A DNA stretch of 64,000 nucleotides. It comes from Nageia nagi (Eukaryota; Plantae; Pinophyta). The notes under the pieces were generated by a model, which saw only the letters and a list, made by a program, of their open reading frames with translations, searched no databases and was not told where the DNA came from. Location of the stretch: positions 139,252,001-139,316,000 of the forward strand of contig JBITNC010000001.1 in the NCBI GenBank assembly GCA_050084985.1, read 5' to 3'. The position numbers and the translations under genes are program-made. Positions 13,132 to 26,220 of this stretch are shown piece after piece. Within the stretch, counting starts at the first letter, position 1, and every line of letters begins with the position of its first letter.

Positions 13132-13575
13132 GGGGAAAGAATCCAGTAGTGTTGCACCCTAACTTTACACCTTTTAAACTATTAATTAATAAAGTTGAAT
13201 CATTGTAAATTTTTTATAGCTTTGTATTCACCTAGTTTTCTATTTATAATTAAGGTTTCAAGTCATCATCATCAAATTTGATAGTCTAATTAAATATTTG
13301 ACTTGATTCTTAACTATTGGTGTAAGTGTAATTGACTATGGGGGGTTGTAACTCACACCAATGGGTATAACATTATAAACATATTTATTTTTGGATAGTT
13401 TCTATGAAAACACATAATTAACCTATCAAATTTGGTGATGACTACTCGAAACCTTAGTTATAAGCAAAAAACTAAGCAAGGAAGAAGTGGTAAAACATTT
13501 AGAGTGATTCGATTTTATTAAATCAAGTTTTAAGAGGTATGTAATCAGGGTGCACAACTACTGGGTCCTCTCCCC
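13132..13575. mobile_element. 444-bp foldback MITE with ~150-bp imperfect TIRs, flanked by TA on both sides
   Basis: Left end ggggaaagaatccagtagtgttgcaccct versus reverse complement of the right end ggggagaggacccagtagttgtgcaccct. Complementarity continues inward to catcaaatttgatag/ctatcaaatttggtg. TA lies at 13130-31 and 13576-77. Confidence 0.9.
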
Positions 13576-16500
13576 TAATACACTTAACTTTTATATTTAA
13601 AACTTATCTTCTTTGAATTTCCTATATTCTAAAGTTCTTGAACAATAACTTAATATTCGTTCCCTTGAATCTACACAAGTCAATATTAATGATATATTAA
13701 AAAATAATTAGCTTTCTCCTTAGTAAAATACAATTAATGAGATTGTTGAATTAAATAAAATGATAAAAATACATAATGATGAGAAGAAAATGATTGAGAA
13801 AACAACAAACTAATTTTAGAGTCAATAGATAACTAGTTGAAAATAATATCTTGATAAAAAGCCCCTTAATTTACAATATTTTGAACCATTCCTTCATTAG
13901 CATATTCATTTTTCTTTTTTAAATTTATAATATAGTTAAAGGGAAGGAAGAGCCTTTCAACAAGATAAAACATTGCAAATAAAGTCAGATTTAAACTATT
14001 TTTAAAATATATCTTTTCAAATTATTTCCAATAAGAGATTCCTAAGTTTACCTAATAATTCTATTCACAATTTTAAAATCTTGGAAATTAAATTTTTGAA
14101 TGTAAACATAACATAACTAACTACTTTCACTACACTATTTAGTGTCAAATAAAGCAATAATAAGAAATTATGTTAATTTTTTTTTAATAAAATATAATTA
14201 AAATGATTTTTTAACATGATTAAAAGGAAAGTTATAAAGTTATTTTCAATATTAATATTTCCTACTTAAAAAACAGTACATAAAACCAATAATGTATTCC
14301 TTCTTCAATTTTATATAAAAAAATATTTTGATAGAAACTAGTGAGGTTAAATAAAATGGAGGTGAATTAATTAAGTACAATAATAAATTTGAGGTCACAA
14401 GGACAAGAAAACAATCAAGGCCATGCATAAAAGAAATAAATGAATATAGTTAATGCATGCACAATAATATTAATCATCCTAACTTTAGGACCAACTCAAT
14501 AAATAGATAATAATGTTTGCAAAAAAAAAAAAAAGTAGAAAAATAACTTATGTTTAAGATATTAAAAATAAATTTAATAAGTTATCTATAATATAAATTA
14601 GTTGATACAAAGTTTTAGTATAAAGCACATGAACATTGGAGTTTCTTACGTAAAATTGATATGATAAAATAAAAGTATGTGTAACTAAAAATGAGAATAT
14701 AAAGATAGATATAACAAATGATATTTTGGGTAAGGAATAATTTTATTGCATCTATTTTGAAAAATTAATACACAAGAATTATTTTTGAAAAATATAGAAG
14801 GAATTCTTTTTAAAAAAATTAATGAAGTACAAAATAAAGATAAAATATATTTTTTAATTTACATGATTGAGAAAATTCTATAAAACAAAGATACAATAGT
14901 TCCAAAATAAATGATAAGATTTCATCATGATAAGATATTAGGAAATGATTAATAAATCAAATTCATGTTAGAGATCGAACTCCAAACTTATCTTATTTAT
15001 TAAGATAGATAACAACCCAACATACAAGGTTTATCTAAACAAGAACATGTACAAAAATTGACAACCCTTCCAATCCAACTTATTTTGGAAGGAAGTTAGG
15101 AAAATGCCTAAACCCATAATAAATGAATATGATGTTTCTAAAAATATATAATGTGTGAATGAAAAGACTACATATGATTTGGAAAAGGGTGTAGTACTAA
15201 AGTATTGTCAACTATTTTATCTTATAAGTAATTAAACTACTATTCCTTCTTCTTGCAATGATCTTTCATTTCGATGCATCGCTTTCATTAGTGGTAATTA
15301 AATTTAGACACTATGATTAATACAATATATTTACAATAGAATAATGACATAATAGTATTATTGATGAAAGTGAAGATACAATTACAATAGAGTGCTAAAA
15401 AACTCTCACCATGATTATAGAAATAGACTTAGTTATCCTATGAGGAGCACCACCACTTTCCTAACTCAATAATTAATTTGACATAATTATTATCACAACC
15501 TCACCAAGAGATATTTCTTACAATAAAACACTAACCTTATCTTTACTTGAATAATCATGAATTTAATGTAACACTTGATACACTTATGATACTTAACTTT
15601 TGACTCTATGACTCAAGACCTAATACACACATATAAAATCCTTCAAAACTTCTTAACTCACAAATTTTTAACTTCTTTCCAATTTGACTTACATGCTAGA
15701 TAGGCTAGATTAGATATCTAGAATTTTTTTATCATTTGAATTTTAAAACACATTATATTTTAACCTCTTGAAATATCCAAATCACTTGTATAAATATCCA
15801 TGATATGCCACATGGATCTTTTGCCACATAACCCTTTTCTTGAATGCCCTTTTAAATATCAACAAATACTTGCACATCATCACATATCCTTATGCCACAT
15901 AACCTTATGGATAATTTTAGAATAGATTAAAACAATTATCTATCAACTAGACTTGTTCAATATATTATTCATCTTTGATAAGGCATAAATTTTTGTAGAG
16001 ACATCCAATTGAGATGATTCCTTTTGTATTGAATATTCCTCAATGATACATTTTCAACATGTATACGCATACCTACCTTTTCTGAAATTTTGATCATCAT
16101 CTTGTGTGTTTTCTAACAAACTATCCAATCTATGTGTTTCATACCAACAACAATCACATTTTAAAATAGAGCATGCATGCCTAAATTTAGCATGTGTGGG
16201 TTATTTTTTTCTCCCAACTAAGATTTAGGAGTTGTTATTTTGAGTTTCTATTTCACCTAGTTGATGTATAGCATGTTAGGTTAATTTTAGGACTTCTAGA
16301 TTTATGATTTTTCAAGATTGGATTATAAAAAGTTGAGTTTATCCAACTTGAGTCTATTTTTAGTTGAATCTATATTTAGGATTGTCCAAATCCTATATAT
16401 GTATTTAAAGATTTTTTTTTTAATCAATGAAAGTAATATTATACTTCTCATTATGGTATTAGATCTTTGTTGAAAGATATATTGGGTTAGAAGAGAGCTT

Positions 16501-18429
16501 ATGGGTGTTTGAAAGAATTTAGAGAAACTCTTGCAAGTGTGTGAAGAGAGGCCCAAAGTTGTGTTGTATTATTGAGAATGTAATGGCTATCAATAACAAC
16601 ACTATACCCAACATATTAAATTCTTAGTTGTAAGAACATTGCTTAGGGAAAGCTATTGAGTTTGAGTTTTTGTGGGTACATTGTGAAGAATCTATTGAAT
16701 TCGTGCATAGGGCATGATCCCATATTTTTTGTGTTGAGCATTGTAAGAATGAGTAGAAAGAACAAATTCTCTACCCATTAAAGAGATGAGTGTGAAGATT
16801 TATTAAATATTTACACAAAGAAACTACTTGTTGGCATAATGGCCACCATGTATGAAAAATTAGAGGTGCCCAAATTTAATGGTGATGATTATGCTTACTA
16901 GATGATAAGGATGAAGACTTGTTGATGGCCAAAGAACTTTGGAGCATTATATAAGATGGATATTAGGAACCACCAAATTAGAGCATGCTTGGAGAAAAAA
17001 AAAAGTTGAAGAAAAGAGAGCAATATGAAAATTGGTTGTCTCTCATGGAATTAAGGAGAAGTATAAAAGATAATATTTTTCCTCTCATTTCTAGGTGTAT
17101 GATAGTTGCACATGCATGGAAAATACTGCAAGAAGTTAATAGAAACTCTTGTGAGCTAGTGTGTGACAATATCCAAGGTTGTCCGAGGAGGCAGTTGGAG
17201 CCTTGTTCCATTTAAGATTTATTTAGATATCCCTATAGGGACTCTTTTGGAGACCCTTTTGAGCCTTGTATGGTTATTATTATGGGAGATATGTCTTATA
17301 AGGAAGGGATATATAATGATAATGATGGATTCTTCTTTGAAGTAGAATACATGCATAAAGAAGAGCCTTGTGTTGAGGTTTGTAAAACTCTCATGAAAGA
17401 GAGTAGTGTTAATGAATTTCTTCTTCACGAAAAGAGAAAAAAAGATGTGAGTGTGGCATGCTTAAAAAAATGCATAAAGAAAAATGGATGGAGGATCATT
17501 TTATGAGAATGATGACTCTAATCGTAAAGACCAATCTAAAGTGGAGGCATATGATTCTCTCATGGAGGAGACACTATCTTGGAATTTTATGGATTCATAT
17601 CATGAAACACAAATCCCTCTCATAGAGGAGAATATTGGAGATAAGGAGCATTGTTGGCTCAATTATGATGAATACCATTCACTTAGAATTGGTGTGTGCT
17701 CTCTTTAAAGAGGAAATAAAGATTTTATACAAATGGAAGACAAAGATGTTAGAGTTCCTCTAAAGGGGGAGAAAACTAAAAGAGAAGGAGAAATAATTAT
17801 GATGCACTCACAACACCTAATGAGACTTTCCTTATAAGTCAAGGGTAAAGTACCAACTTCCTTGGATCATAACTTTTGATCCAGGTCTCTATTCGAGCTT
17901 CCTTCTTTTTAAACATCCAAAATTGAATTAATATCACCATTGTGATACAAAGACAACAACACTATCACTATTAGAGCATTTTCAATACTCTTTAGGGTCC
18001 TGAATCATCATTGATTGGCAAAAAATGGGCTTTCAATGAAATATTCTATTATTTTTTAACAATTTTTGATATTTAATTTCTTCTTTTTTACATGAGTCAG
18101 TTTGAAGAGATATTTTTAGGGAAGTCTTAATTTTTGAATAGTAGTTTTTTTGGGTCCATACAAGTGAAACTTTAGAATTACTAAAAATAATGATTCTTGA
18201 TACTTACTAAAAAAAAATTAGCATTTGGAGAGGGTTTTTGGATATTATGTAGGAAGTTAAACCATTATAAAGGAAGTGTAGATTCAAAAGAATAAAGAAT
18301 TATTATTTTGAATTTTATTCTTTCTTTGGTTTGCTTGTTTGTGTAAATCAATATTTGGAGTACTAATTTATTCTCTTGTACGAATCTACATCATTTGATA
18401 TAATAGAAGGTGTCATCTTATTAGGGAAG

Positions 18430-21400
18430 AGAAAATGTCACCCAAAAGAGCACCTAAAGAACTATACAAAGGTGCTTATGCTTAAATGAATAGGAATATC
18501 AAGGATCTACATGTAAAAATAGCATGGCTAACCGATGTAATTAATTGCATGGGGGAGAGGCATCCCCATACTCAAGAAGGTCAAGTATATAACATTGAAA
18601 GTTTAACTGAGGAAGGTGGACCTGAGGTCCATATGGGAGTAGAACTAGAAGGCTAGAGGGATAAGTGCAATATTTTGAATATCAACTAATATAAGTTTTA
18701 TAAGGGATTAAGGGAAACTGAGATGGAATCAAACTCAAGGTTCTCGAGTATGCTAGTGGATTAAAACCATAGGATTCGATTGATTAGATCAATAACCTAG
18801 AGAGATATTTTAAATGGAGTAACCTTGTTGAGGATAAGAAGGTAAAGCTTGCATGCATGAAGTTAAAGAGATATGCATTGATTTGGTGAGGTCATCTACA
18901 GATTGGAAGATTGAGGAAAGGAAAAGAAAAGATCAATACTTGGGCCAAGATGAAGAAGAAGATGCAAGAACAATTTATACCGGTAAATTACTCCTTAATT
19001 CTATTTTATAGATTTTAGAATCTTCAATAGAAGGACCAAAGCATAAAGGGATACACTAATGATTTCTACAAGCTATCCATTTGAGTGGAGCATAATATGA
19101 TAGATGAGAAAAGGTATGCAAGGTATGTAAATAGCCTAAGTTTTATTATTCAATATGAGATTAACATGCATTGTACTCTTACTGTAAAGGATGTATATCA
19201 AATATCCCTTAAATCCAAAGAGAATATGAAAAGGGTTAATAGAGGAGGTAAGAAGGGGTTTACACCCTCTTCAAATCGAGGGTGAGGTAGACCAAATTTA
19301 TTGAAAGGAGAATCTTCAATGCCCACTAGATAAGAAGAGGCTAGTCAAAATCAAAGAGGAAGTGGATATCCTAGAGGAAGGGGAAATGGAGGTGGTTAGA
19401 CTAGAATCAAGGTATAGAATCCATTAAAATATTATAGATGTGGAGAGGAAGGTCATAAGGCATATGATTTCCCTTGGTATGATGTTGAAGAGAGGGGATT
19501 AGCTAGATTTTCTCTAGTTGAGGATGAAGAGGAAGCTGAGATAGAAATTGGTGTAAACATGGGTGAAACCCCCATGATAAGGAGAAAAATCATTTTTTTG
19601 AAGAAGAAAAACATGCAAGAAGACTATGGTGGAAGTTATTGGTTGTGTACTAATATCTTTTGTACAAGATGCACATCAGGAGGAAAGGTATATAATGTAG
19701 TCATTGATGGTGGTAGTTATGAAAATATGGATTACATTATAATGGTTGATAAAATGAATTTCAAATATGAGAAACACCCATATCCTTATCATGTCTCATG
19801 GATCAGAAAGGCAAGTGAGGTTACTATTGATAAGAGTTGTCTAGTGAAATTTTAAGTGGAGATACTTATAAGGATGCAATATGATGTGATGTGATCCTAA
19901 TAGATTCTTGTCATATATTATTGGGGAGGCCATGGTAATTTGATAGAAACACCTTTCATGATAGAGTCATAAGTACCTAAACATTCTAGAAGGATGGTGT
20001 AAAGGTGGTACTTTTACCTCTTAAAGAAGAAGGACAAGGACATAGTTTGCTGACTGCAAAGGAATTTTCATAGAGGCATGAGAAGTTAGCTGGTGTTATG
20101 CATATACCAAAAAGAAAGTAAAGATAAAACAAGTACCTATCCCACATATAATGATGAAGTTGTTGAAAGAGTATGCATATGTTATACTAGAGGAGTTACC
20201 ATAGGAGTATCCAACATCATATTGACTTAATTCCTAGGTTGGCTCTTCCAAATTAGGTAGCCTATCGATTAATACTAAAATAGAATATTGAGTTAATAAA
20301 TAAAGTGATAAAATTGATGTAAGAAGGATTGGTTAAGGAGAGTAATATAACCATTAGGTAGAGATTCTCAATGCTTAGAATTCATGATATGATGGATCCT
20401 TTAGTTAGAGAAAATTATTTTAGTAAGATCAACCTAAAGAGTGGTAAGTACCAAATTCAAATTAAGAAGGGTGATGAATGAAAGAAAACCTTTAAAACCC
20501 AATATGGATTATATGAATGCATAATGATACCATTTGGGTTGTCTAATGCACCAAGTACCTTTATGTAGTTGATGAATAGAGTGCTACATGAATAGGGTAG
20601 TATATTTCTAGTTGTTTACTTTGATGATACTTTAATTTTAAGTAAGACTAAAGAGGAACACATGTACCATTTGAGGTTGGTATTGGAGTTGTTAAGAAAT
20701 GAAAAATTATATGCTAATTTGAAGAAATATAGTTTCCTTTAAGAAAGTTTAGTATTTCTGGGGTTTGTAGTTTCAAAGGATGGCATCAAAATGGATGAAG
20801 AAAAGGTGAAGACAATTATTGAATTGACTATCAAAATAAATTTAACTGAAGTAAGGAGTTTCCATGGTTTGGTAACTTTTTATAGTAAATTTATTAGCAT
20901 TGTTTCCCCCATCATATAATGCATGAATGGAAGGGTATTCATATGGACAAAGGATTCTATGGAGAGTTTTTATATTTTGAAAAGAAAGGTAATGAAAACA
21001 CCTATTTTAGTATTAATTGATTTTAAAAAATTATTTAAGATAAACTATTATGCCTCACATGTTGGAATTGGAGTTGTGCTAAGCCAAAGAGGATGACCAA
21101 TAACATTTTTCAATGAGAAGTTGAATGAGGTACAAAAGTATTAATCCACCTATGATTTTGAATTCTACACTATTATGCAAGCATTAAGATATTGATGATA
21201 TTATCTTTTATCCAAGGAGTTTGTGATCTTCATTGACCATGAAGAATTGAGGTATGTAAATTCTTAGAAGAAACTAAATAGTAGACATGCAAAATGGGTG
21301 TCTTTTTTGTAAGGGTACAAAATTACCTTGAAGAATAGATCAAGAAAAATAAGGTTGTTGATTCATTGAGTCAAAGGGTGTATGATGCCAATTTTGGGCA

Positions 21401-22800
21401 AGTGGTGAAATAATATAATAACCTAATAATAGGTGAGATTAGTCATATTTTTGAAGAATATATTATGTAGGATGGTTATATGTTTAGGGGTAAACAATTT
21501 TGCATCCCTATTGGTTCTATAAGGGACAACATACTAAGAGAGATGCATAGTGGGGATTTAGTCGAATACTTTACGATGGAGAAAATCATTACTCTCATTA
21601 AAAATAAATATTATTCGTTAAAGGTGAGGAGAGATATAACTAGGTTTTTTTTCTAGATGCAAAGTGTGCCAGATGGATAAAGGCCATGCCTAAAAGAATT
21701 AGTTATATATGCCCTTTCCAGTTCTTATAGGGCCATGGATTGACCTCAAAATGGACTTTATGTTAGGACTACTATGTACCCAATGAGGTAAGGATTCCAT
21801 ATTTATTGTTGGTGAAAGGTTTTCTAAGATGGAATATTTCATTACATGCAAGAAATCAAAGATGACATAGGAGTTGCATTCCTATTCTTTTATAAGATCA
21901 AGAGATTGCAAAGTATTTCAAAATCTATCACCTCGGATTAGGATGTCAAGTTTTTGAGCCATTTTTGAAGGATATTATGGAAGAAGTTGGATACAAAAAT
22001 CCAATTCATAAGTATGTATCATCTATAAAACTGATGGAAAGACAAAGGTTGTAAATTGAATTTTAAAAAATCTTTTGAGATGCATAGTGGGTACAAAGAT
22101 AAGATAATGGGATTAAGCTTTACCACAATATGAGTTTGCCTACAACATCTTAGTTAATCACTTGAAAAGGAAGTTCCCATTTCATAGTATTTATGGAAAA
22201 AATCCCAAGGGTATGACCAATTTAGTGGAATTACCTATCATAGAAAAGGTTAGTGATGATATAGAGGCTTTTACAAAACATCTAAAATAGTTGCAAGAGG
22301 ATGTTTGAGAATAATTGCAAGAGAGTAATATCAAGTACAAAGTAGTAATAGATTCATATAGATAAGTGAAAATATTTTTGGAAGGTGACTTAGTGATGGT
22401 CCATATTCATAAAGAACAATTTCCACAAGGAACCTATATTAAACTGAAGATGAATAAGATTGTTCCTTATCAAACTCTATAGAAGAGGAATTATAATTCC
22501 TGTAAAGTTGAACAACCAAAAGACCTAGATATCTCACCCATATTCAATGTTTCTAATTTATATACCTTTTATGGATATATTGGGGATGTAAAAATGGAAG
22601 ATAAAAACATTTAGAAGTAACAATTACCCAGGAAAAAGAAGGAATGCATTGCACATATCCTAGATATGAAGGTGATTACCACATGACATGGCAACTACAA
22701 TAGGTATCTAATTGAGTGGGAATGATTATCCTCAATAGAGAGCATGTGCAATTATAAAGGAGAGTTGAGTAAGGTTCACAATGACAAGCTTTAGGAGTTT
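18430..22800 (+). pseudogene. Degenerate gag-pol polyprotein (gag, CCHC, protease, RT, RNase H, integrase)
   Basis: Zinc-knuckle remnant 'YYRCGEEGHKAYD' at ~19430. Protease 'VVIDGGSYENM' in ORF 19559-19855. RT 'IPFGLSNAPSTFM' at ~20530 and 'VVYFDDTLIL' at ~20610; DGGS and YFDD are typical of the CRM clade. RNase H 'ASHVGIGVVLSQ' at ~21055. Integrase 'PWIDLKMDFMLGL' at ~21735. Many stops and frameshifts. Confidence 0.9.
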
Positions 22801-23286
22801 CATCAATAGAACTTGTAGAAGTTGAGTTCCTTTCAACCAAAGGATAATGATGTATTCGCAACACCTAGTGAGACTTTCATTATGGAGCATGGGGAAATTA
22901 CAAACTTCCCAGGATCATAAATTTTAATTCAAATGTTTGTTTGAGCCCTTTTTTCAAATAAAAATTGAGTTGTTATCTATGAAGATAGCTATGTTATCAT
23001 TTTCATAGCATTCTTGATACTTTTTGGAGTCCTAAATCATCATTGGTTGGCTAGAAATGGGCTTTGAACAAATTATTTTAATTTTTTTTTAACAAGTTTT
23101 GGTATTTAATTCTTTTGTTGAATGAGTCAATTTGGGGAGATTCTATAAAAGTATTAATTTTTAAATAATGGATGCATAATTCTTGTTTTGGATCCATTCG
23201 AGGGGTAGTTTAGAATTACTAAAAATAGTAAGTCCAAATACTTACTAAAAATAGAAATAGAGCATTTAAGGAAGGATTTTGGATAT

Positions 23287-23980
23287 GGAAGAGCCTACCC
23301 TTTGGCCAAATTTGCATATATATTATGGTATATATCAAAAATAACATTGGACATATATCAGCTCCACCACCACCACCTTCATCTAATTACACTGCTTCAC
23401 TTCTGATATATTATGGGCATATATCAAAGTTTGCCACTTGTATGCCTTCTGATGGCATCATTATGCCCAAATATATCATGGGAGTATAGTGAAGCTACAT
23501 AATGGGTGTATATCGAAAGCCACATGAAAACATCCACTGGTCCAATGAGATATATGATGGGCATATATCGAACCTATATCATGGACGTATAGCAAGAAAT
23601 TAAAAAAATTTGGATTTTGTTGAACAGATATATCATGGGCATATATCAAATATATCATGGACATATAGCAAGAAACATGAAACACCTCAAAATATTGAAA
23701 CTAGACATATGATGGGCATATATCACTTAACATAATGTGGGCGTATAGAGTCAATTAAGAATGAAATTTTTTAAAATTTTTGAATGAGATATATTATAGG
23801 AGTATAGTGGTTATATGAGGGGCGTATATTAAGAACTAAGAATGGAAATTTTTTATATTTTTGAATGAGATATACTATGGGTGTATAATGAGTCTATAAT
23901 TATATTTTTGGTTATATTATGGGTGTATAGTAGACATATCATGGGTGTATATTGTATACATTATGGGTGTATAGCATAAA
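23287..23980 (+). repeat. Left MULE TIR with arrays of ATGGG(C/T)(A/G)TATA motif
   Basis: Many copies of atatatcatgggcatata and variants. The region is inverted relative to 48060-48932. Confidence 0.9.
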
Positions 23981-25669
23981 AAAATTTAAAACTCACCAAC
24001 CTATTCTACGTATCTAGTCATATTGTTTGATTTTTTGCATGTAAATTGAAATGATCAGTCCACCGTAGTTGTAAAACCCCAAAAATCCATGTATGGACTT
24101 TTTTGCCAATGCATGTTTATCAAATGAGGTCTAGGCTTGTGTTTCTCTTCCAATTTATGCTTGCATATTGATTTGTGGGTTGCATTTATGTAATTATTTC
24201 TACATGAATAAATTTTCATCTTATTGTAGTCTTAGCAATGAAATATTCATACCCATTGAAATTTTCATATCATATTTGCATGAATAATGACAATAATGCA
24301 AGCTAGAAAAACCCTTAGAAGAATGCAGCACCAAAACCATATAGGAAAATAAAATTATATCTACTAATGAAGACGCGAATGTAGTATGGCATGGCATACA
24401 AATAAGATTTTAATAAAAAACCCTACATTCTTAAGGTTTTAATTGGAGTAATTGCAAAGCATGAACAATGTTAGTTCATATCAAGCATTGGTTGATGTAG
24501 AACATGTGTGTATATGCTAAATAATGCAATTAATACAAATGGGGTTGACTAATGCACTATCACTCTACTTTGTAAATATTGATGCATATATCAAAAATAT
24601 GGCAATAACATGTAACAAGAATGCAATATTGTTTACTTAGATTCTATATTCATTTTATTAATCAAAAAATGCACAAAGGATAGAGGATACATTCATAAAC
24701 AAGTACATCATTGGTGCCCTAGAATTGGCATGCCACTAGTGCCATAGGATGAGTGAAATTACAAACATGAACAAGAATGTAGTGATGAGTGAATAATCAA
24801 ATGATGAATATACATGCAAATTTATAGAATAATAGATGCACAATATAAATAGACAAAGCAAGTTGTAATCCTTCAAATGATCTTCAATTAATAATCCTTA
24901 TATGAGATTGAAATCATTATTTGTCCATGATTTATAGGTCGTCAAATGATGTCTTTATATATAATACAAGTTTACATGACTTTGATATTTTGACCCCTTG
25001 TACATTCCACAAGGGTCAAATACATGGCCTACACCTCTTCTATACATTTTTAATCTCTTTTTAAATAATACATTATTAAGGGATTAAAATGATTTATTAA
25101 ATACATAAAGTTTCATTTTGAGGCATATACATTTGCCCCTCTTTGGATGTGTTATTGAAGCAATGAAATTACATGTCCTTAGAAGAAGTGTATAGAAGAA
25201 ATTGTTTTGATCCTTTTGCTGATGATGATGATGAGGGTCCCTTGCTACCCCTTTTTGACTTGGATGCCCTAGGAAAGGTCCCTAAATGGTGCAACCAAGG
25301 AAAAATATGATGAAGAATATCTCTTCAGGAATGATGCTATGTAGATGATGGAAATGATTATGCTATTAGGTAGTTATATGGTCCCATATCCAATTTTGGA
25401 GATGGAAGATGTATTTTTTCCCCTTGTACTACTTCAACCATGAATCTGGCCATTATGTCATTTTTGATACCTAGGAACCATTTGCACTTACATCCATTCC
25501 TTGAAATAGAGAGGATTTGCTTTAAATGAGATGAAATAATGATGAAATGAACATCATTGGTGGCATAGGGAATAGTGTGTACATCGCTGATGGTGTGGAA
25601 TTCTATTATTTTTCTTTTACTCTTCAGGATGTAGATACTTGCAATCAATTTTTAGAAAAAAATAGGGTG

Positions 25670-26220
25670 TATGCATAGTGAGTTACATTGCCCATTGATA
25701 ATGATTCAATGTCAACAATGTACTTATGGTTGCATTGCTGATTTATCTTTTAAGTGAGTGAACTCTCACTAACAATGTTGTTGGCCATCGATGATCATAC
25801 ACTTTATGTATATGATCTAAAGACATTATGCTTTGTATTGAATCAAAGCAAAAATCATGCGAATACATAGTAAGTTGGATTATTCATTGAAGATGATCCA
25901 ATGTTAACATCTTGCTCATGGCTACATCACCAGTTTACTTTTAAGTGAGTGAACTCTCACTAGCTGTGTCATTGGCCATTGATGATCATACATTTGTATG
26001 TCTATGATCTAAAGATAGTATGCTTTATATGGGTTCAAAGCAAAAACCATGTAGATACATACCAAGTTGTATCATCCATTGGAGATGATCAAATGTCAAT
26101 ATCTAGCTCATAGCTGCATCATTGGTTTACTTTTAAGCAAGTGAACTCTGACTAGCTGTGTCATTAGCCATTGGTGATCATACATTTTATGTATATAATG
26201 TAAAGGTATTATGTTATCCT
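25670..26220. repeat. Three tandem ~190-bp units in the retroelement 3' internal region
   Basis: cttttaag..agtgaactct.acta.c.....ttggccat.gatgatcatac occurs at ~25747, ~25938 and ~26130. Confidence 0.8.

Noticed and set aside
13600-15900. Possible genes or RNA genes in the very AT-rich stretch
   Set aside because: No coding, tRNA or rRNA signal was recognised. It is probably unclassifiable old TE debris.
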